A model generated the notes under the pieces. It did no database searches and was not told the origin of the DNA. It saw nothing but the letters and a program-made list of their open reading frames with translations. Below are positions 16,949 to 27,013 of a stretch of DNA of 64,000 nucleotides, piece after piece. Origin of the DNA: an uncultured Schumannella sp. GTDB taxonomy: Bacteria > Actinomycetota > Actinomycetes > Actinomycetales > Microbacteriaceae. The translations under genes and the position numbers were made by a program. The DNA lies in NCBI GenBank assembly GCA_964586645.1, contig CAZPJC010000001.1, forward strand, positions 2,361 to 66,360, read 5' to 3'. Positions within the stretch are counted from its first letter, which is position 1; every line of letters starts with the position of its first letter.

Positions 16949-18039
16949 CGGTCCCCGACGAGTGGCGTGCGCGCCAGGTCGTCCGGGACGGCGTTACCGA
17001 ACTCACGACGGGCGCTACGGCGCTGACTGGTACTGACGCTGAGATTCTGCGGCAGTGGGGTTACGACCCGGACCAGATCGAAGTCCTTTCGACATCCCAG
17101 TGGCGCAAAGAGCAGCCTGACGGTTCCTGGCTGACCTCCTACTACTTCAAGCACCGTCCCCGGACGGCCAACCTCGACCTTCCCACGCTCTACGCGTCGG
17201 CATCCAAGAAACCCCGCCAACAACTCAAGCCAGCCTCGAGCGGCATCGTGACGGTCGTTGTCTTGTCCGACGTTCAGGCGGGGAAGGTGGGAGCGCGCGG
17301 AGGGACACCCGAACTGATCGGCCGTCTGGTCGAAAAGCGGGCCAAATTGTCCGAATGGCTCTCACACCGCAAACCCGAACGGACTGTGTTGGCTGAGGCC
17401 GGCGATCTGTTCGAGGGGTTCGAGTCGGGTGGTAACCCGATGTTCACTAACGATTTGAGTCTTGCCCAGCAGATGGATCTTGCCGCGGCTGAGGTGATGG
17501 AGTTCGTGAAGGTCATGCACCGCCACGGACACGTCGACGTCCTCGCGGTCCCGTCGAATCACACCGCCTGGCGACAGGGTAAGCAGCAGCTCGGACGTCC
17601 ATCGGATGATCTCGGATTGCAGGTTCACCGGTTCGTTGAGCGTGAAGCCCGTGCGGCCGGATACGACGCATCGTGGACGTTCCCGGCACAGTACGACGAG
17701 TCGGTGACGCTCGACGTCGCCGGAACGACTCTGGGTCTAGTGCATGGCAACCAGTACGCGCCTGGTGGCGCTCCCGCATGGTGGGGAAAGCAGACCCACG
17801 GCGGACAGCCTGTAGGAGCTGCTGACGTTCTGGTCGCCGGCCACTACCACCACCTCAACATCCTCCCCACCGGACGCAACCCGTACACGGGCAAGTCGAA
17901 GTGGTTCCTTCAGGCACCAACGCTCGACAACGGTTCTGACTGGTTCCGCAACAAGGCGGGCGACGACTCCGACCCCGGCTTGCTGGTGTTCGACATCGAC
18001 GCTGACGGCTTCAACCTTCAGTCACTCACGGTGCTCTAG
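16933..18039 (+). CDS. Calcineurin-like metallophosphoesterase (Mre11-like)
   Basis: SDVQAGK, GDLFEG, SNH, HGN, GHYHH motifs. Confidence 0.85.
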   Translation: MYENLTVPDEWRARQVVRDGVTELTTGATALTGTDAEILRQWGYDPDQIEVLSTSQWRKEQPDGSWLTSYYFKHRPRTANLDLPTLYASASKKPRQQLKPASSGIVTVVVLSDVQAGKVGARGGTPELIGRLVEKRAKLSEWLSHRKPERTVLAEAGDLFEGFESGGNPMFTNDLSLAQQMDLAAAEVMEFVKVMHRHGHVDVLAVPSNHTAWRQGKQQLGRPSDDLGLQVHRFVEREARAAGYDASWTFPAQYDESVTLDVAGTTLGLVHGNQYAPGGAPAWWGKQTHGGQPVGAADVLVAGHYHHLNILPTGRNPYTGKSKWFLQAPTLDNGSDWFRNKAGDDSDPGLLVFDIDADGFNLQSLTVL

Positions 18040-18045
18040 GGAGCG

Positions 18046-18366
18046 ATGATGAACCTCGAGACGGTCCCGATCAGTCGTGTGATGCTCTGGTTCGGGTACC
18101 TCGTCGCGTTCACCGTCTGCACCGGAGTTGCGTGTAGCGATGGATGCGGCGCTGGTGACCCGGTGAAGGAATGGTGCGGCTGCGGTGCAGCCATCCGTGC
18201 TTCCAAGGGCGAAGTCGTGAAGTGGCGCAGTAACCACCTCCACGAAGGCAAGCCGGCAGACGAACCGCAACGCCAAGGAGCGTTCTCGTCAAGCGAGATC
18301 GGCCCGAACTACTACATGGGTGAGGCTCCCATCGAAGCGCGAATCGGATTCACCCCGAATGTCTGA
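18046..18366 (+). CDS. Hypothetical protein
   Basis: GGGAG RBS; EWCGCGA...W...H; ends IGF. Confidence 0.55.
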   Translation: MMNLETVPISRVMLWFGYLVAFTVCTGVACSDGCGAGDPVKEWCGCGAAIRASKGEVVKWRSNHLHEGKPADEPQRQGAFSSSEIGPNYYMGEAPIEARIGFTPNV

Positions 18367-18604
18367 ATTGACAGGCGAGGGTAAGCATTGGGGTTCTGCT
18401 GACGGTTGGGTTGTTGAGCCGAAACCTTCACCGGAAGAACTCCATTTAGGTTACAAGGCACCGCCGTTCACAATGTCTGAACCGTTGCGTACAGACACGA
18501 ACGACATGCTGCTCCTCATCAATCGCCTGTCCGCTAAGGACCGAGCCGCCCTGTCCAAGGTCGCCGGCTGGGCGAACGCACTACTAGACAGCGATGGTGC
18601 CTAA
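18359..18604 (+). CDS. Hypothetical protein
   Basis: ATG overlapping the upstream stop. Confidence 0.5.
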   Translation: MSELTGEGKHWGSADGWVVEPKPSPEELHLGYKAPPFTMSEPLRTDTNDMLLLINRLSAKDRAALSKVAGWANALLDSDGA

Positions 18605-18905
18605 AGCCCCTCGAGGTGGCCGACGCTACATGGCAGCCATCGCAGCCATGAAAGCCCGCGGCGACGCCTATTGCTGGCGAGGATGCGGGACCTACCTACT
18701 CGCAGACGCACCAAACCACCACCCCCAACACATGACCCTGGGTCACATCATCGCGTGGGAAGACGACCCGTCCCTGTTCTGGGACCAAAGCAACCACGCC
18801 CCCGAATGTGCCAAGTGCAACTACGGTGACGGGGCCCGCCGCACCAACGCCAAGCGTGGAACAAGAGCCACCGACACGCGCCGCTACGTCAACAACGACT
18901 GGTGA
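18594..18905 (+). CDS. Packaging-associated HNH endonuclease
   Basis: CW..CG...H.......N...EC.KCN; directly upstream of terminase. Confidence 0.8.
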   Translation: MVPKAPRGGRRYMAAIAAMKARGDAYCWRGCGTYLLADAPNHHPQHMTLGHIIAWEDDPSLFWDQSNHAPECAKCNYGDGARRTNAKRGTRATDTRRYVNNDW

Positions 18906-18980
18906 CGACGACCAAATCTTTTTAGAGCTGACAGAGCCGGAAGACCGCGACGTTTCCCTTTTCTCTCTCCCGGGGGTTTT

Positions 18981-20540
18981 GTGTCTACTGAGCCGCGGAA
19001 GTCGCTCGCGGATGTCCTCGCTGAGCGCGGCGATCCGATGGCTGGCTTGGATTCGGATTGGGCGCGACATCTTCTGGTGGTGCCTGACGATTCGTCTCCT
19101 CCGTTGGCGATGTCTGGCCCTCATCCGCTGGCGGTTGGATCGTATGGTCCGGAGCTGTTGGTGTGGGCGAAGAAGGAACTTCGGTTCACGCCGCGGTGGT
19201 GGCAGGAAGTCGCTCTGATCCGGCAGTACGAGCATGATGCTGACGGTCGGCTGGTGTGGCGGGATGTTCTTGAGACTGGCCCGCGTCGTATCGGTAAGTC
19301 GGTCCGGCTTCGGGTGTCGGCGGTGTGGCGGACGGCTCATGCTGATCTGTTTGGTGAGCCGCAGTTGTCGATGCTGGTTTCCAAGGATTTGATGATCGGC
19401 AAGGAGATTCACGCGAAGGCGTGGGCGTGGGCCGAGAAGCGCGGTTGGATTGTGCAGCGCCGTGCGGGTGGTCAGGAGATCCGGGTTGCGGAGGCTGAGG
19501 ATTCGGACCGCTGGCTGCTGCGGGCACCGGATGGTGCTTACGGGTACGACGTCTGCTACGGGCAGGTGGACGAGGCATGGGACATCAAGCCTGATGTCAT
19601 CACGGACGGGATCGAGCCGGCGCTGCTCGAGCGGTTGAGTCCGCAGCTGCACCTGACGTCGACTGCACATGTGAAGGCATCGAGTCTGATGCGCGGTCGG
19701 TTGATGAATGCCTTGAACAACATCTCGGGTGACACGCTGCTGCTCTATTGGGGTGCTCACCCCGACGCTGACATTGACGATCCCGAGACGTGGCGACTTG
19801 CCTCGCCGCACTGGTCGCCCGATCGGGCTCGTCTGGTGCAGGAGAAGTGGAAGGCCGCGAAGCAAGGCGGAACTGAGGTTGATGACCCGGACCCGATGCG
19901 AGGTTGGGCTGCACAATATCTGAACGTGTGGCCGTTCCTCCTCAACGATGTTGACGGGATACTTCCGCTGAACATGTGGATGGGCGGGACGCTGCCGGAC
20001 AAGCCGGTCGTCGAGACGACGCGTGTCGCAGTGGATGTTCGGACAGGGCTCGATCAGTCGTTCGCGATTGCGATTGCTGGTCGAATTGATGATCAGCGCG
20101 ACTACGTGGATCTTCTTCAGTTTGAGTGGGGTCTCGACTCTCGTCCCAAGCGTGATCACATCGTCGATGAGGTTTGCGCGGTGCTCGAGCGACTGCGACT
20201 GGGTTCGGTCGCCCTCGACACGTTCGGCGATAACGGATACCTGTTGCCGCTTTTCGAAGCCGCGGGCGTGACTGTCGAAGCACTCAACACGGCTGACATG
20301 CGTAATGCGTCGGTTGGTTTCAAGGAGGCTTTGGTCAACTCGCGGCTACGGCACCCATCGAACGAGCATCTGACTACGGCGGTGAAGGGTGTCGGCGTGC
20401 GGAAATCGGGTGAGGGGTTCATCTTCACGCAAGATCGCTCGCGGGCTGACATCACGCCCCTCCGCGCGGTAACTGCCGCTTGGTGGGCGCTTCAGAAGGC
20501 AACCCCGTCAAACTACGACGTTCTTGATTCGGTGTTTTAG
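18981..20540 (+). CDS. terL: Terminase large subunit
   Basis: Walker A-like GPRRIGKS, Walker B VDEA, TST motif, C-terminal RNase H-like nuclease (AVDV...DITPL). Confidence 0.9.
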   Translation: MSTEPRKSLADVLAERGDPMAGLDSDWARHLLVVPDDSSPPLAMSGPHPLAVGSYGPELLVWAKKELRFTPRWWQEVALIRQYEHDADGRLVWRDVLETGPRRIGKSVRLRVSAVWRTAHADLFGEPQLSMLVSKDLMIGKEIHAKAWAWAEKRGWIVQRRAGGQEIRVAEAEDSDRWLLRAPDGAYGYDVCYGQVDEAWDIKPDVITDGIEPALLERLSPQLHLTSTAHVKASSLMRGRLMNALNNISGDTLLLYWGAHPDADIDDPETWRLASPHWSPDRARLVQEKWKAAKQGGTEVDDPDPMRGWAAQYLNVWPFLLNDVDGILPLNMWMGGTLPDKPVVETTRVAVDVRTGLDQSFAIAIAGRIDDQRDYVDLLQFEWGLDSRPKRDHIVDEVCAVLERLRLGSVALDTFGDNGYLLPLFEAAGVTVEALNTADMRNASVGFKEALVNSRLRHPSNEHLTTAVKGVGVRKSGEGFIFTQDRSRADITPLRAVTAAWWALQKATPSNYDVLDSVF

Positions 20541-20627
20541 TACACGTTTTCGAATCTCGTTTCTCCCAGGTCGGCATAGAAGGCCACTGAGGGCCTACCC
20601 CGTGTCGCTAATCGTAGGAGTGTTCGA

Positions 20628-20801
20628 ATGTTCACGACTGTTGTGGAAATTCTGGCGCTTGTGCTGATTGTGGCCGGCGCGGTTGCGGTGGTGTTCGGCG
20701 TGCTGGCGGTGTCGGTTCCGCTGGCTTTCATCATCGGTGGCCTCGAGGCTGTCGCGCTCGGCCTCGGCGGGCTCTGGATCAGTAAGCGGGTGAGCGCGTG
20801 A
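20628..20801 (+). CDS. Small membrane protein between terminase and portal (57 aa)
   Basis: AGGAG RBS; two hydrophobic helices; GTGA-coupled to portal. Confidence 0.7.
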   Translation: MFTTVVEILALVLIVAGAVAVVFGVLAVSVPLAFIIGGLEAVALGLGGLWISKRVSA

Positions 20802-21949
20802 GCATCCTCTTCAACAAGTCTGCCGAGTCTCGGGCGATCTCTTTCCAGTCGTGGTGGGGTGCGGGGGACGACAATCCGAATGCGCGCGGTGATGCGATCT
20901 CGGTGGCGTTGTCGTTGATCCCTGTGTATGCGGCGACGGGTCTGATTGCTGATCAGATTGCGGCGTCGCCGTGGGCGATGTTTGAGAAGTCGTCGGGCGT
21001 GCCGGTGAAGTCTGATCCGCAGCCTGAGCTGGTTACGGGGCCGGGGGTGAACCGCCTCGACGTGTTTTCGTGGAAGCACCAGATGGTGACGTCGCTTCTG
21101 CTGCGGGGTAATGCTTACGGCTTCATTGTGTCGGTCGATTCGTTTGGTCTGCCTGATCGGGTGTCGTGGTTGCAGCCGGATAAGGTGCGGGTTGACGAGT
21201 CGGGCAGTGCGCCCGTGTACACGTACAACGGTGCGGAGATTGACCGGTCTCGCCTGATTCACATTCCTTGGTATGTCCTCCCCGGGTCTGTTGTGGGGGT
21301 GTCGCCGATCGGTCTGTTCCGTATGCAGATCGAGTCGGGTATTGAGGCGCAGCGGGTTGGCAAGAACTTCTTCCGCCGCGGCATGGTCCCGTCTGGGTTC
21401 CTGAAGAACACGGCTAAGACGTTGACTGCCGTTGAGGCGCAGGAGACGAAGAAGCGTTTCAGTGCGTCGGTGTCGGCGACGGAACCTTTCGTGTCGGGTG
21501 CCGACTGGGAGTACACGGCGATCGGGTTGCCGTCCTCCGATGTGGCGTTCCTCACGGGCATCAAGGCCACTGCCACTCAGGTTGCTGCGATCTACCGGGT
21601 GGCTCCGGAGGAGCTCGGCGGCGAAGTGTCTGGGTCGTCGCTCACCTACAAGAACCTCGAACAGGATCAGATCCGCTTCAACGTTCGCACCCTCCGTCCG
21701 CTCGCCGCCCGCATTGAGGCCGTCATCAACGGCTACATGATCGATGGCCGCTACTTGAAGTTCAACCTTGACGCTTCGGTGCGGGCTGACATCAAGACCC
21801 GTTTCGAGGCGCACGCCATCGCAATTCAGAACGACTTCGAGACTCGCGATGAGGTGCGTGCGCTTGAGGAGCGCCCGCCCCTTACTGCTCAGGACATTAC
21901 ACAGATCAAGGATCTGCGAAAGCCGACGACGATTGGACGCACACCATGA
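20798..21949 (+). CDS. Portal protein (HK97 family)
   Basis: VYAA..LIA..IA, LLLRGNAY, GVSPI, P.G.L, T.DEVRALEE.PPL. Confidence 0.93.
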   Translation: MSILFNKSAESRAISFQSWWGAGDDNPNARGDAISVALSLIPVYAATGLIADQIAASPWAMFEKSSGVPVKSDPQPELVTGPGVNRLDVFSWKHQMVTSLLLRGNAYGFIVSVDSFGLPDRVSWLQPDKVRVDESGSAPVYTYNGAEIDRSRLIHIPWYVLPGSVVGVSPIGLFRMQIESGIEAQRVGKNFFRRGMVPSGFLKNTAKTLTAVEAQETKKRFSASVSATEPFVSGADWEYTAIGLPSSDVAFLTGIKATATQVAAIYRVAPEELGGEVSGSSLTYKNLEQDQIRFNVRTLRPLAARIEAVINGYMIDGRYLKFNLDASVRADIKTRFEAHAIAIQNDFETRDEVRALEERPPLTAQDITQIKDLRKPTTIGRTP

Positions 21950-22707
21950 CCGCTATCGACATGGAGCGGCGGCACATTGCCCGACCCGTGGAGCTTCGCG
22001 CGGGCACAGACGGCCCGGGAACCCTCTACGGGTACGCGTCGGTCTACAACAAGTATTCGCAGAATCTCGGCGGGTTCGTCGAGCAGGTTGCGCCTGGCGC
22101 ATTTGCGGACTCTCTCGAGAATCTCGGCGGGTTCGCCGAACGCATCGCGCACGGGGCCTTCTCGAAGTCGCTGGCCGATCAGGTTTCCGTGGTGGCCCGA
22201 TACAACCACGACGACAATCACCTTCTGGGGACGACGGACGCTGGAACGCTCCGCCTCAAGGATGACGGGACGGGCCTGTTCTACGAGGTGGATCTCCCCG
22301 AAACGTCGTCGGGGCGCGATGTCGCTTTGCTTTCGAAGCGTGGCGACCTCCGGTATTCATCGTTTGCTTTCCACACGCTCAATGACGAATGGGATGTGAC
22401 TGAGCGCGGCTTCCCCCTCCGGACGCTCAAGGCGGTTGCCCTCATCGATGTAGCCCCGGTGAACTCGCCCGCCTACCTCGACTCGTCTGCCGGCATGCGG
22501 TCGCTCGCCGAGCGTCTCGATGTCGAGGTCGAGATCGTCTGCCACGCGACCACTGAAGAACTCCGCTCGCTGATCCTGGGTGAGCCCATTGACATCCCCG
22601 CCGTGGAAGCACGTAGCGAGGAAAAGGAAGTCGAGACCGGGCAGGTAGAGAACCACCCCCTCGCCGACCTCTACAAGCGCAAGCTCGACCTCGAGCAGAA
22701 ACGCTAA
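21946..22707 (+). CDS. HK97-type prohead protease
   Basis: GYASVYN, NHD...LG, D.TGL.YE, SFAF, PAY. Confidence 0.92.
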   Translation: MTAIDMERRHIARPVELRAGTDGPGTLYGYASVYNKYSQNLGGFVEQVAPGAFADSLENLGGFAERIAHGAFSKSLADQVSVVARYNHDDNHLLGTTDAGTLRLKDDGTGLFYEVDLPETSSGRDVALLSKRGDLRYSSFAFHTLNDEWDVTERGFPLRTLKAVALIDVAPVNSPAYLDSSAGMRSLAERLDVEVEIVCHATTEELRSLILGEPIDIPAVEARSEEKEVETGQVENHPLADLYKRKLDLEQKR

Positions 22708-22804
22708 CCACCACATTCGCCGGCAGGTAGAGAACCACCGGCATCCGTAAAAGCAATGCCCTCCGAAATCCGGGGGGCATTTGTCATTCCTGGAAGGAAT
22801 ACAG

Positions 22805-24025
22805 ATGTCCGAAACGATGGCGAGGCTTCTCCTCGAGAAGCGCGCGAACGTGTTCAACGCGGCGAACGAGATCGTCGACCGCGCAATCGCTGAGAAGCGT
22901 GAGATGACCGCCGAGGAGGAAGTCTCCTACGCGAAGGCTGACGCCGAGATCAACGAGCTGCGCAAGCGTGCGGATGCTCTGGTGGAGCAGGCCGCGAAGG
23001 ACAAGGACGCCGATGAGGCGCTGCGTTCGCTCGCGAAGGGTTCCGCCCCGGTCGAGGATGAGAACGCCGAGCTGCGGCGGTTCATCAAGGGTGAGGTTCG
23101 CAGCTTCGAGCTGCAGCCTACCCAGGCTGAGTCCCGCGCACTGTCGAAGGGAACCGCGACGGCCGGTGGAAACACCGTCCCGACGTCGTTCTACAACACC
23201 CTCTGGCAGCACCTGATCGAGTCGGCCACCCTCATGGGCGGCGGCGCAACCGTGTGGACGACCAACTCGGGTGAGAACTTCGAGGTTCCGATCACGCTCA
23301 CGCATGGTGCTGCGGCTGCGGTCGCTGAGGCGGCGGCTATCGCCGGCACCGACCCGACGTTCTCGAAGCGAACCCTCGGCGCGTTCAAGTACGGCGAGCT
23401 GGTCAAGGTCTCCCGCGAACTCGTGGAAGACACTGGCGTTGACCTTGAGGGCTATCTCGCGAAGGCGGTTGGCCGCAACGTCGGTAACGCCTTCGGGGCC
23501 AAGCTCATCACGGGTGCGGGCACCACGGAGCCGACCGGTATCACCGTCTCGTCCACCCTGGGTGCGACGTCGGCGACCGGCACGGTTGGCGTGCCGACGT
23601 TCGACAACCTGATCGACCTCTTCTACTCGGTGATCGCCCCGTACCGGGATCTGTCGACGTCGAAGTGGCTGATGAAGGACTCGACCGCTGGTTCGATCCG
23701 CAAGCTGCGTGACCTCTCCGGCGGTGCCGGAACCGGTCAGTACCTGTGGCAGCCGGCCGTCATTGCCGGTCAGCCTGACCTGCTTCTTTCGAAGCCGGTT
23801 CTCACCGACCCGAACGTGGCCGCGACCGCGCTGAGCGCGAAGTCGGTTCTGTTCGGTGACCTGTCGTCGTACGCGGTGCGTGTCGTCAACGGGATCAAGT
23901 TCGAGCGCAGCGATGAGTTCGCGTTCGACACCGATCAGATCACCTTCCGCGCCACCATCCGTGGCGACGGTCTGCTGATCGACCAGACGGGTGCCGTGAA
24001 GCACCTCGTCGGTGCTGCGAGCTAA
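22805..24025 (+). CDS. Major capsid protein (HK97 fold, N-terminal delta domain)
   Basis: Coiled-coil N-terminus, GG..VP, VSREL.ED, YLWQP, FGDLS.Y. Confidence 0.95.
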   Translation: MSETMARLLLEKRANVFNAANEIVDRAIAEKREMTAEEEVSYAKADAEINELRKRADALVEQAAKDKDADEALRSLAKGSAPVEDENAELRRFIKGEVRSFELQPTQAESRALSKGTATAGGNTVPTSFYNTLWQHLIESATLMGGGATVWTTNSGENFEVPITLTHGAAAAVAEAAAIAGTDPTFSKRTLGAFKYGELVKVSRELVEDTGVDLEGYLAKAVGRNVGNAFGAKLITGAGTTEPTGITVSSTLGATSATGTVGVPTFDNLIDLFYSVIAPYRDLSTSKWLMKDSTAGSIRKLRDLSGGAGTGQYLWQPAVIAGQPDLLLSKPVLTDPNVAATALSAKSVLFGDLSSYAVRVVNGIKFERSDEFAFDTDQITFRATIRGDGLLIDQTGAVKHLVGAAS

Positions 24026-24105
24026 TCCAGTTCGTCGCATATGCCGGGTGGGCGTGACCAATCGTTGCGTCCACCCGGTGCACCATCCCACGAAAGGAAA
24101 TGGGC

Positions 24106-24336
24106 ATGAAGGTACGTATGATCGCCGCAATTTCGGGCACACGCGATGGGTCCGACTGGCCCGCGGCTGGCGAGACGCTCGAGTGCTCGAACGGCGAAGG
24201 TGCGGATCTGATCGCGGCCGGACTCGCGACGGCAATCACGAAGGCCCCCGCCGAAGCGCCCGAGACGGCGACGGCGAAGAAGCCCGAGACGGCGACAGTC
24301 AAGGGTGGCCTGACCAAGGGCAGCACGGGGATCTGA
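24106..24336 (+). CDS. Small head-associated protein
   Basis: After capsid; SG.RDG.DWP..G. Confidence 0.7.
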   Translation: MKVRMIAAISGTRDGSDWPAAGETLECSNGEGADLIAAGLATAITKAPAEAPETATAKKPETATVKGGLTKGSTGI

Positions 24337-24337
24337 C

Positions 24338-24898
24338 GTGGCGATCGTTGACGGGCTGATCACTCTGGCTGAGGCCCGTTCTTCGATCTATGGGGAGCAG
24401 GCTGGCACCGCGGCGACGGTGCGCGACGCCGACATCGAGAAGTACGTCGAGGCTGCGACGCCGGTCATCGAAGACATTGCCGGGCCGCTGATTGTTCGGT
24501 CCCGCACGTTCACCTTCGCGGGCGGTTCGGATGCGTACGTGCTTCCCGTCCGGTTCACGTCCGTGACGTCGGTGACGGTTGATGGTGTTGCGTCGACCGA
24601 TTACGTAGCGGACGCTACGGCCGGCATCATCTACCCCGGCACGACGGATGGCATCAGCGTCTTCTCTTCGGGTGTTGAGAATGTCGTCATCGTCGTGTCG
24701 GTCGGATCCGCGACGATTCCGAAGAACGTCTCGCTTGCCGCCCGCGAGTTGGTTCGGTTCTGGTGGCAGCAGGGGCAGCAGGCGAACCGTCCTGGCGTTG
24801 CTGAGCAGGACGCTTCCGCCGCACCGCAAGGCTTCCTCGTCCCGCGGCGGGTTATGGAACTTCTGCGGGCGACACCGAACGTTGGTGGCTTCGCGTGA
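24338..24898 (+). CDS. Head-to-tail adaptor
   Basis: LITLAEAR...AAT.VIE...IP.NV.LA; position. Confidence 0.8.
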   Translation: MAIVDGLITLAEARSSIYGEQAGTAATVRDADIEKYVEAATPVIEDIAGPLIVRSRTFTFAGGSDAYVLPVRFTSVTSVTVDGVASTDYVADATAGIIYPGTTDGISVFSSGVENVVIVVSVGSATIPKNVSLAARELVRFWWQQGQQANRPGVAEQDASAAPQGFLVPRRVMELLRATPNVGGFA

Positions 24899-25368
24899 CC
24901 CAACTTGTTTCCGCCGCCCCCCTGTTCAAGACGGCACTCCACGATGCCGCCGTGATCCTTTGGGCGGGGCAGAACGTCCTCACTACTTACGGGATGCCGG
25001 CGTTTGACGCCTTCGATGATGTCGTGTCGTTCGCGTCGGTGACGTCGCAGCAGGAGCCGGGGCCGATGGGTCCCCTGCGTGAGCGTCGGGAGTTTCTGAC
25101 GCAGGAGGTCATCTTCTATTGCTTCCGCGCGGGCGGGGAGGAGCAGGAACTCGTCGCTATGAACCGCGCCTACGCCCTGTGCGCGGCGCTCGAGGGATCA
25201 GTGCGAGTCGGCGCGGCAACCCATCTGGGTTACCCCGATGTCTTCGTGCAGGGATGTTTCCTCACCGACATGGCGTCTGATGCTGCCACCGATCAGGACG
25301 TCCTCTCGAAGGGGCGGATGCACGTCCTCCGCGCCACCTTCTCTGCCGAAGCACGAATCACCTCTTAG
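24895..25368 (+). CDS. Tail completion/terminator-like protein
   Basis: Position between adaptor and major tail; about 157 aa. Confidence 0.65.
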   Translation: MTQLVSAAPLFKTALHDAAVILWAGQNVLTTYGMPAFDAFDDVVSFASVTSQQEPGPMGPLRERREFLTQEVIFYCFRAGGEEQELVAMNRAYALCAALEGSVRVGAATHLGYPDVFVQGCFLTDMASDAATDQDVLSKGRMHVLRATFSAEARITS

Positions 25369-25377
25369 GGGATGCAC

Positions 25378-25524
25378 ATGAAGTTCACCAACATCTCGTC
25401 GCTCGGCGACCTGTTCATCCCCGGCCTTGGTGTCGTGGTGGCTGGTCAGACGGTCGAAGTCGAAGGGTCGCTTGCGGAGCAGTTCTCCGCTCAGCCGGAC
25501 AACTGGAAGAAGGTCACCAAATGA
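25378..25524 (+). CDS. Small virion-region protein (48 aa)
   Basis: Read manually (MKFTNISSLGDL...); ATGA-coupled to major tail. Confidence 0.6.
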   Translation: MKFTNISSLGDLFIPGLGVVVAGQTVEVEGSLAEQFSAQPDNWKKVTK

Positions 25525-26540
25525 CTACGCAGCACGACTCCGCGATCACGCTCAAGAAGGAGACCACATTCGGCACTGCCGCGACGGTGGACTACTCCCC
25601 GCCTGGTGTCATCGAAACTGACATCGAGTACATGCCCACGTTCCAGCAGGGCGTCTCTCCGTACGGTGCCCGCGTGGCGTCGTCGGCTGCGCGTGTGATG
25701 GTGAAGTCCGAGGTTGGTGGATCCTTCTCGATTGAGGGTCGCACGAAGGGTCTCGGGAAGTTGTTCGAGGCTGCGCTTGGTGTGGGCACGTCGACCATCA
25801 TCACGGGTTCGTCGTATCAGCAGCTCTTCACCCCACTCGTTGACGACTACCTCCCGTCCTACACGATCCAGGTGGGTGTGCCGCCGATCGGTGGCGGTGC
25901 CGCATACCCGCACACGTACGCCGGCATGGTTTGCTCGGGCTTCGAGCTGACGGCCGACAACGCCGCCATTCCGACGATCAAGTTCAACTGGGTTGGCAAG
26001 TCGATGTCGACGGCGACATCGTTTGTCACGCCCGCCTATCCAGCGTCGAATGTGCCGTTCTCGTTCGTTGGCGGGTACGTCTACTCGGGCACGATCACGG
26101 CTCCGACGACGACTGCACTCGCGGCTGGCAACTCGACCCTTGCCAACATCCGGTCGATCAACCTGACCTACGACAACGGCCTCGACACTGAAGGGTTCAA
26201 CTTCGGTGCGGCCGGCACCCGGTCCCGCAAGCCCGTCGTTGACCTTCGCACGATCTCGGGGACGATCACGGCAGAGTACACGGACAACACGTTCCGTGAC
26301 GCGTTCGTGAACCAGACCGATGTCGGCATTGTGCTGCGGTTCCAGACGACGACGGCGATCTCGGGCGCGAACTTCCCCACGCTTGAAATCACGATTCCGG
26401 TAACTCGCCTCGAGGGGGAGACGCCGAAGCCGGTGTCGAGTGGTGCGGTGACGCAGACGATCCCGTTCACGGGTCTCGATGGCGGCGTGTTCACGCACCC
26501 GATCTATGTCGCGATTGTGACTGCGGAGACCGCGATCTAG
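25521..26540 (+). CDS. Major tail (tube) protein
   Basis: KKETTFGT N-terminus, LPSYTIQVG; Thr/Ser/Gly-rich; position. Confidence 0.85.
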   Translation: MTTQHDSAITLKKETTFGTAATVDYSPPGVIETDIEYMPTFQQGVSPYGARVASSAARVMVKSEVGGSFSIEGRTKGLGKLFEAALGVGTSTIITGSSYQQLFTPLVDDYLPSYTIQVGVPPIGGGAAYPHTYAGMVCSGFELTADNAAIPTIKFNWVGKSMSTATSFVTPAYPASNVPFSFVGGYVYSGTITAPTTTALAAGNSTLANIRSINLTYDNGLDTEGFNFGAAGTRSRKPVVDLRTISGTITAEYTDNTFRDAFVNQTDVGIVLRFQTTTAISGANFPTLEITIPVTRLEGETPKPVSSGAVTQTIPFTGLDGGVFTHPIYVAIVTAETAI

Positions 26541-27013
26541 TGATCACCATTCAGGCTCCCGAGTTTGCGCGCCTGAAGAGTGAGGCCGACAAGTTCGACC
26601 GGGCCATCATCCTTTCGCTGCGTCGCCGCTTGAAGGCGATTGCTCAGGTCGGCGTGGACGCGGTGAAGCGAGCGCTCGAACAGGAGCCGGTGAACGATCA
26701 GCCTGGTACGGCCGGTTCGCGGCAGGCGGTCGCGGATGCTACCCGTGCGGTGGTGTCGTTCTCTGGCCGGAGTGGCGGGGTGAAGATCACTGCCACGAAC
26801 GCGCGTCTGGCCCCGGGGCATAAGGGCTTCGCGGGTGCGTACGAGAAGAAGGTGCTTCGGCATCCGGTGTTCGGTTCTTCGACGTGGGTTGGTCAGCCGA
26901 CTCGGCCGTACTTCGGTGCGGTTCTGGTTGACGCGCTTGAGGACCGTGGCGAGAAGGAAATGTTGGCCGCGATCGATGACGCGGTTCGAGCCTTTGGAGG
27001 GCGTGTCCTGTGA
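26540..27013 (+). CDS. Neck/minor tail protein (HK97 gp10-like)
   Basis: RHPVFG...WV.Q..RPYF. Confidence 0.65.
   Translation: MITIQAPEFARLKSEADKFDRAIILSLRRRLKAIAQVGVDAVKRALEQEPVNDQPGTAGSRQAVADATRAVVSFSGRSGGVKITATNARLAPGHKGFAGAYEKKVLRHPVFGSSTWVGQPTRPYFGAVLVDALEDRGEKEMLAAIDDAVRAFGGRVL

Noticed and set aside
18574-18601. Additional cassette site (gaacgcactac-tagaca-gcgat)
   Set aside because: The left arm matches the family but the right arm lacks RT; not counted
18696-24235. Long antisense ORFs (487, 425 and 483 aa) opposite terminase, portal and capsid
   Set aside because: Shadow ORFs caused by high-GC codon bias; no motifs
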